This document shows positions 64,000 through 64,000 of a stretch of DNA of 64,000 nucleotides, one piece after another. A program made the position numbers and the translations under genes. This DNA comes from Fimbriosthenelais zetlandica (Eukaryota). Location: assembly GCA_977030845.1 (NCBI GenBank), contig OZ365114.1, positions 23,684,001-23,748,000 on the forward strand, in the 5' to 3' direction. The notes beneath the pieces were generated by a model. It worked only from the letters and a program-made list of their open reading frames with translations. It did no database searches and was not told the DNA's origin. Numbering within the stretch: the first letter of the stretch is position 1; each line of letters starts with the position of its first letter.

Positions 64000-64000
64000 C

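Overview
Intron-rich, AT-rich animal genomic DNA, probably an echinoderm or similar invertebrate deuterostome (inference from gene structure and style). Three host genes are supported. (1) The first coding exon of an adenylyl cyclase-associated protein (CAP) gene on the minus strand at 2.4-3.1 kb; the rest lies left of the window. (2) A complete four-coding-exon RBM24/RBM38 (SUP-12 family) RRM gene on the minus strand, 24.0-55.7 kb. (3) The first eight coding exons of kynureninase (KYNU) on the plus strand, 60.8-64.0 kb, divergent from RBM24/38. Introns and intergenic DNA carry decayed mobile elements: a spliced, Cys-cluster/PHD-containing transposon-like pseudogene (about 10-21 kb) with LINE and DIRS-like fragments inside it, plus further LINE, DIRS-like and Gypsy relics. 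Best leads: a 900-nt AUG-free leader with a 134-codon in-frame, low-complexity extension upstream of the RBM24/38 AUG (candidate non-AUG isoform); a 196-aa CAP extension with a GAP-43-like MLCC start and 12 SPx[K/R] sites; the RBM24-to-CAP order recalled from human chr6; and a 19/20 p53-family element overlapping an RFX X-box in the RBM24/38 promoter. All calls were made by eye; no searches were run.
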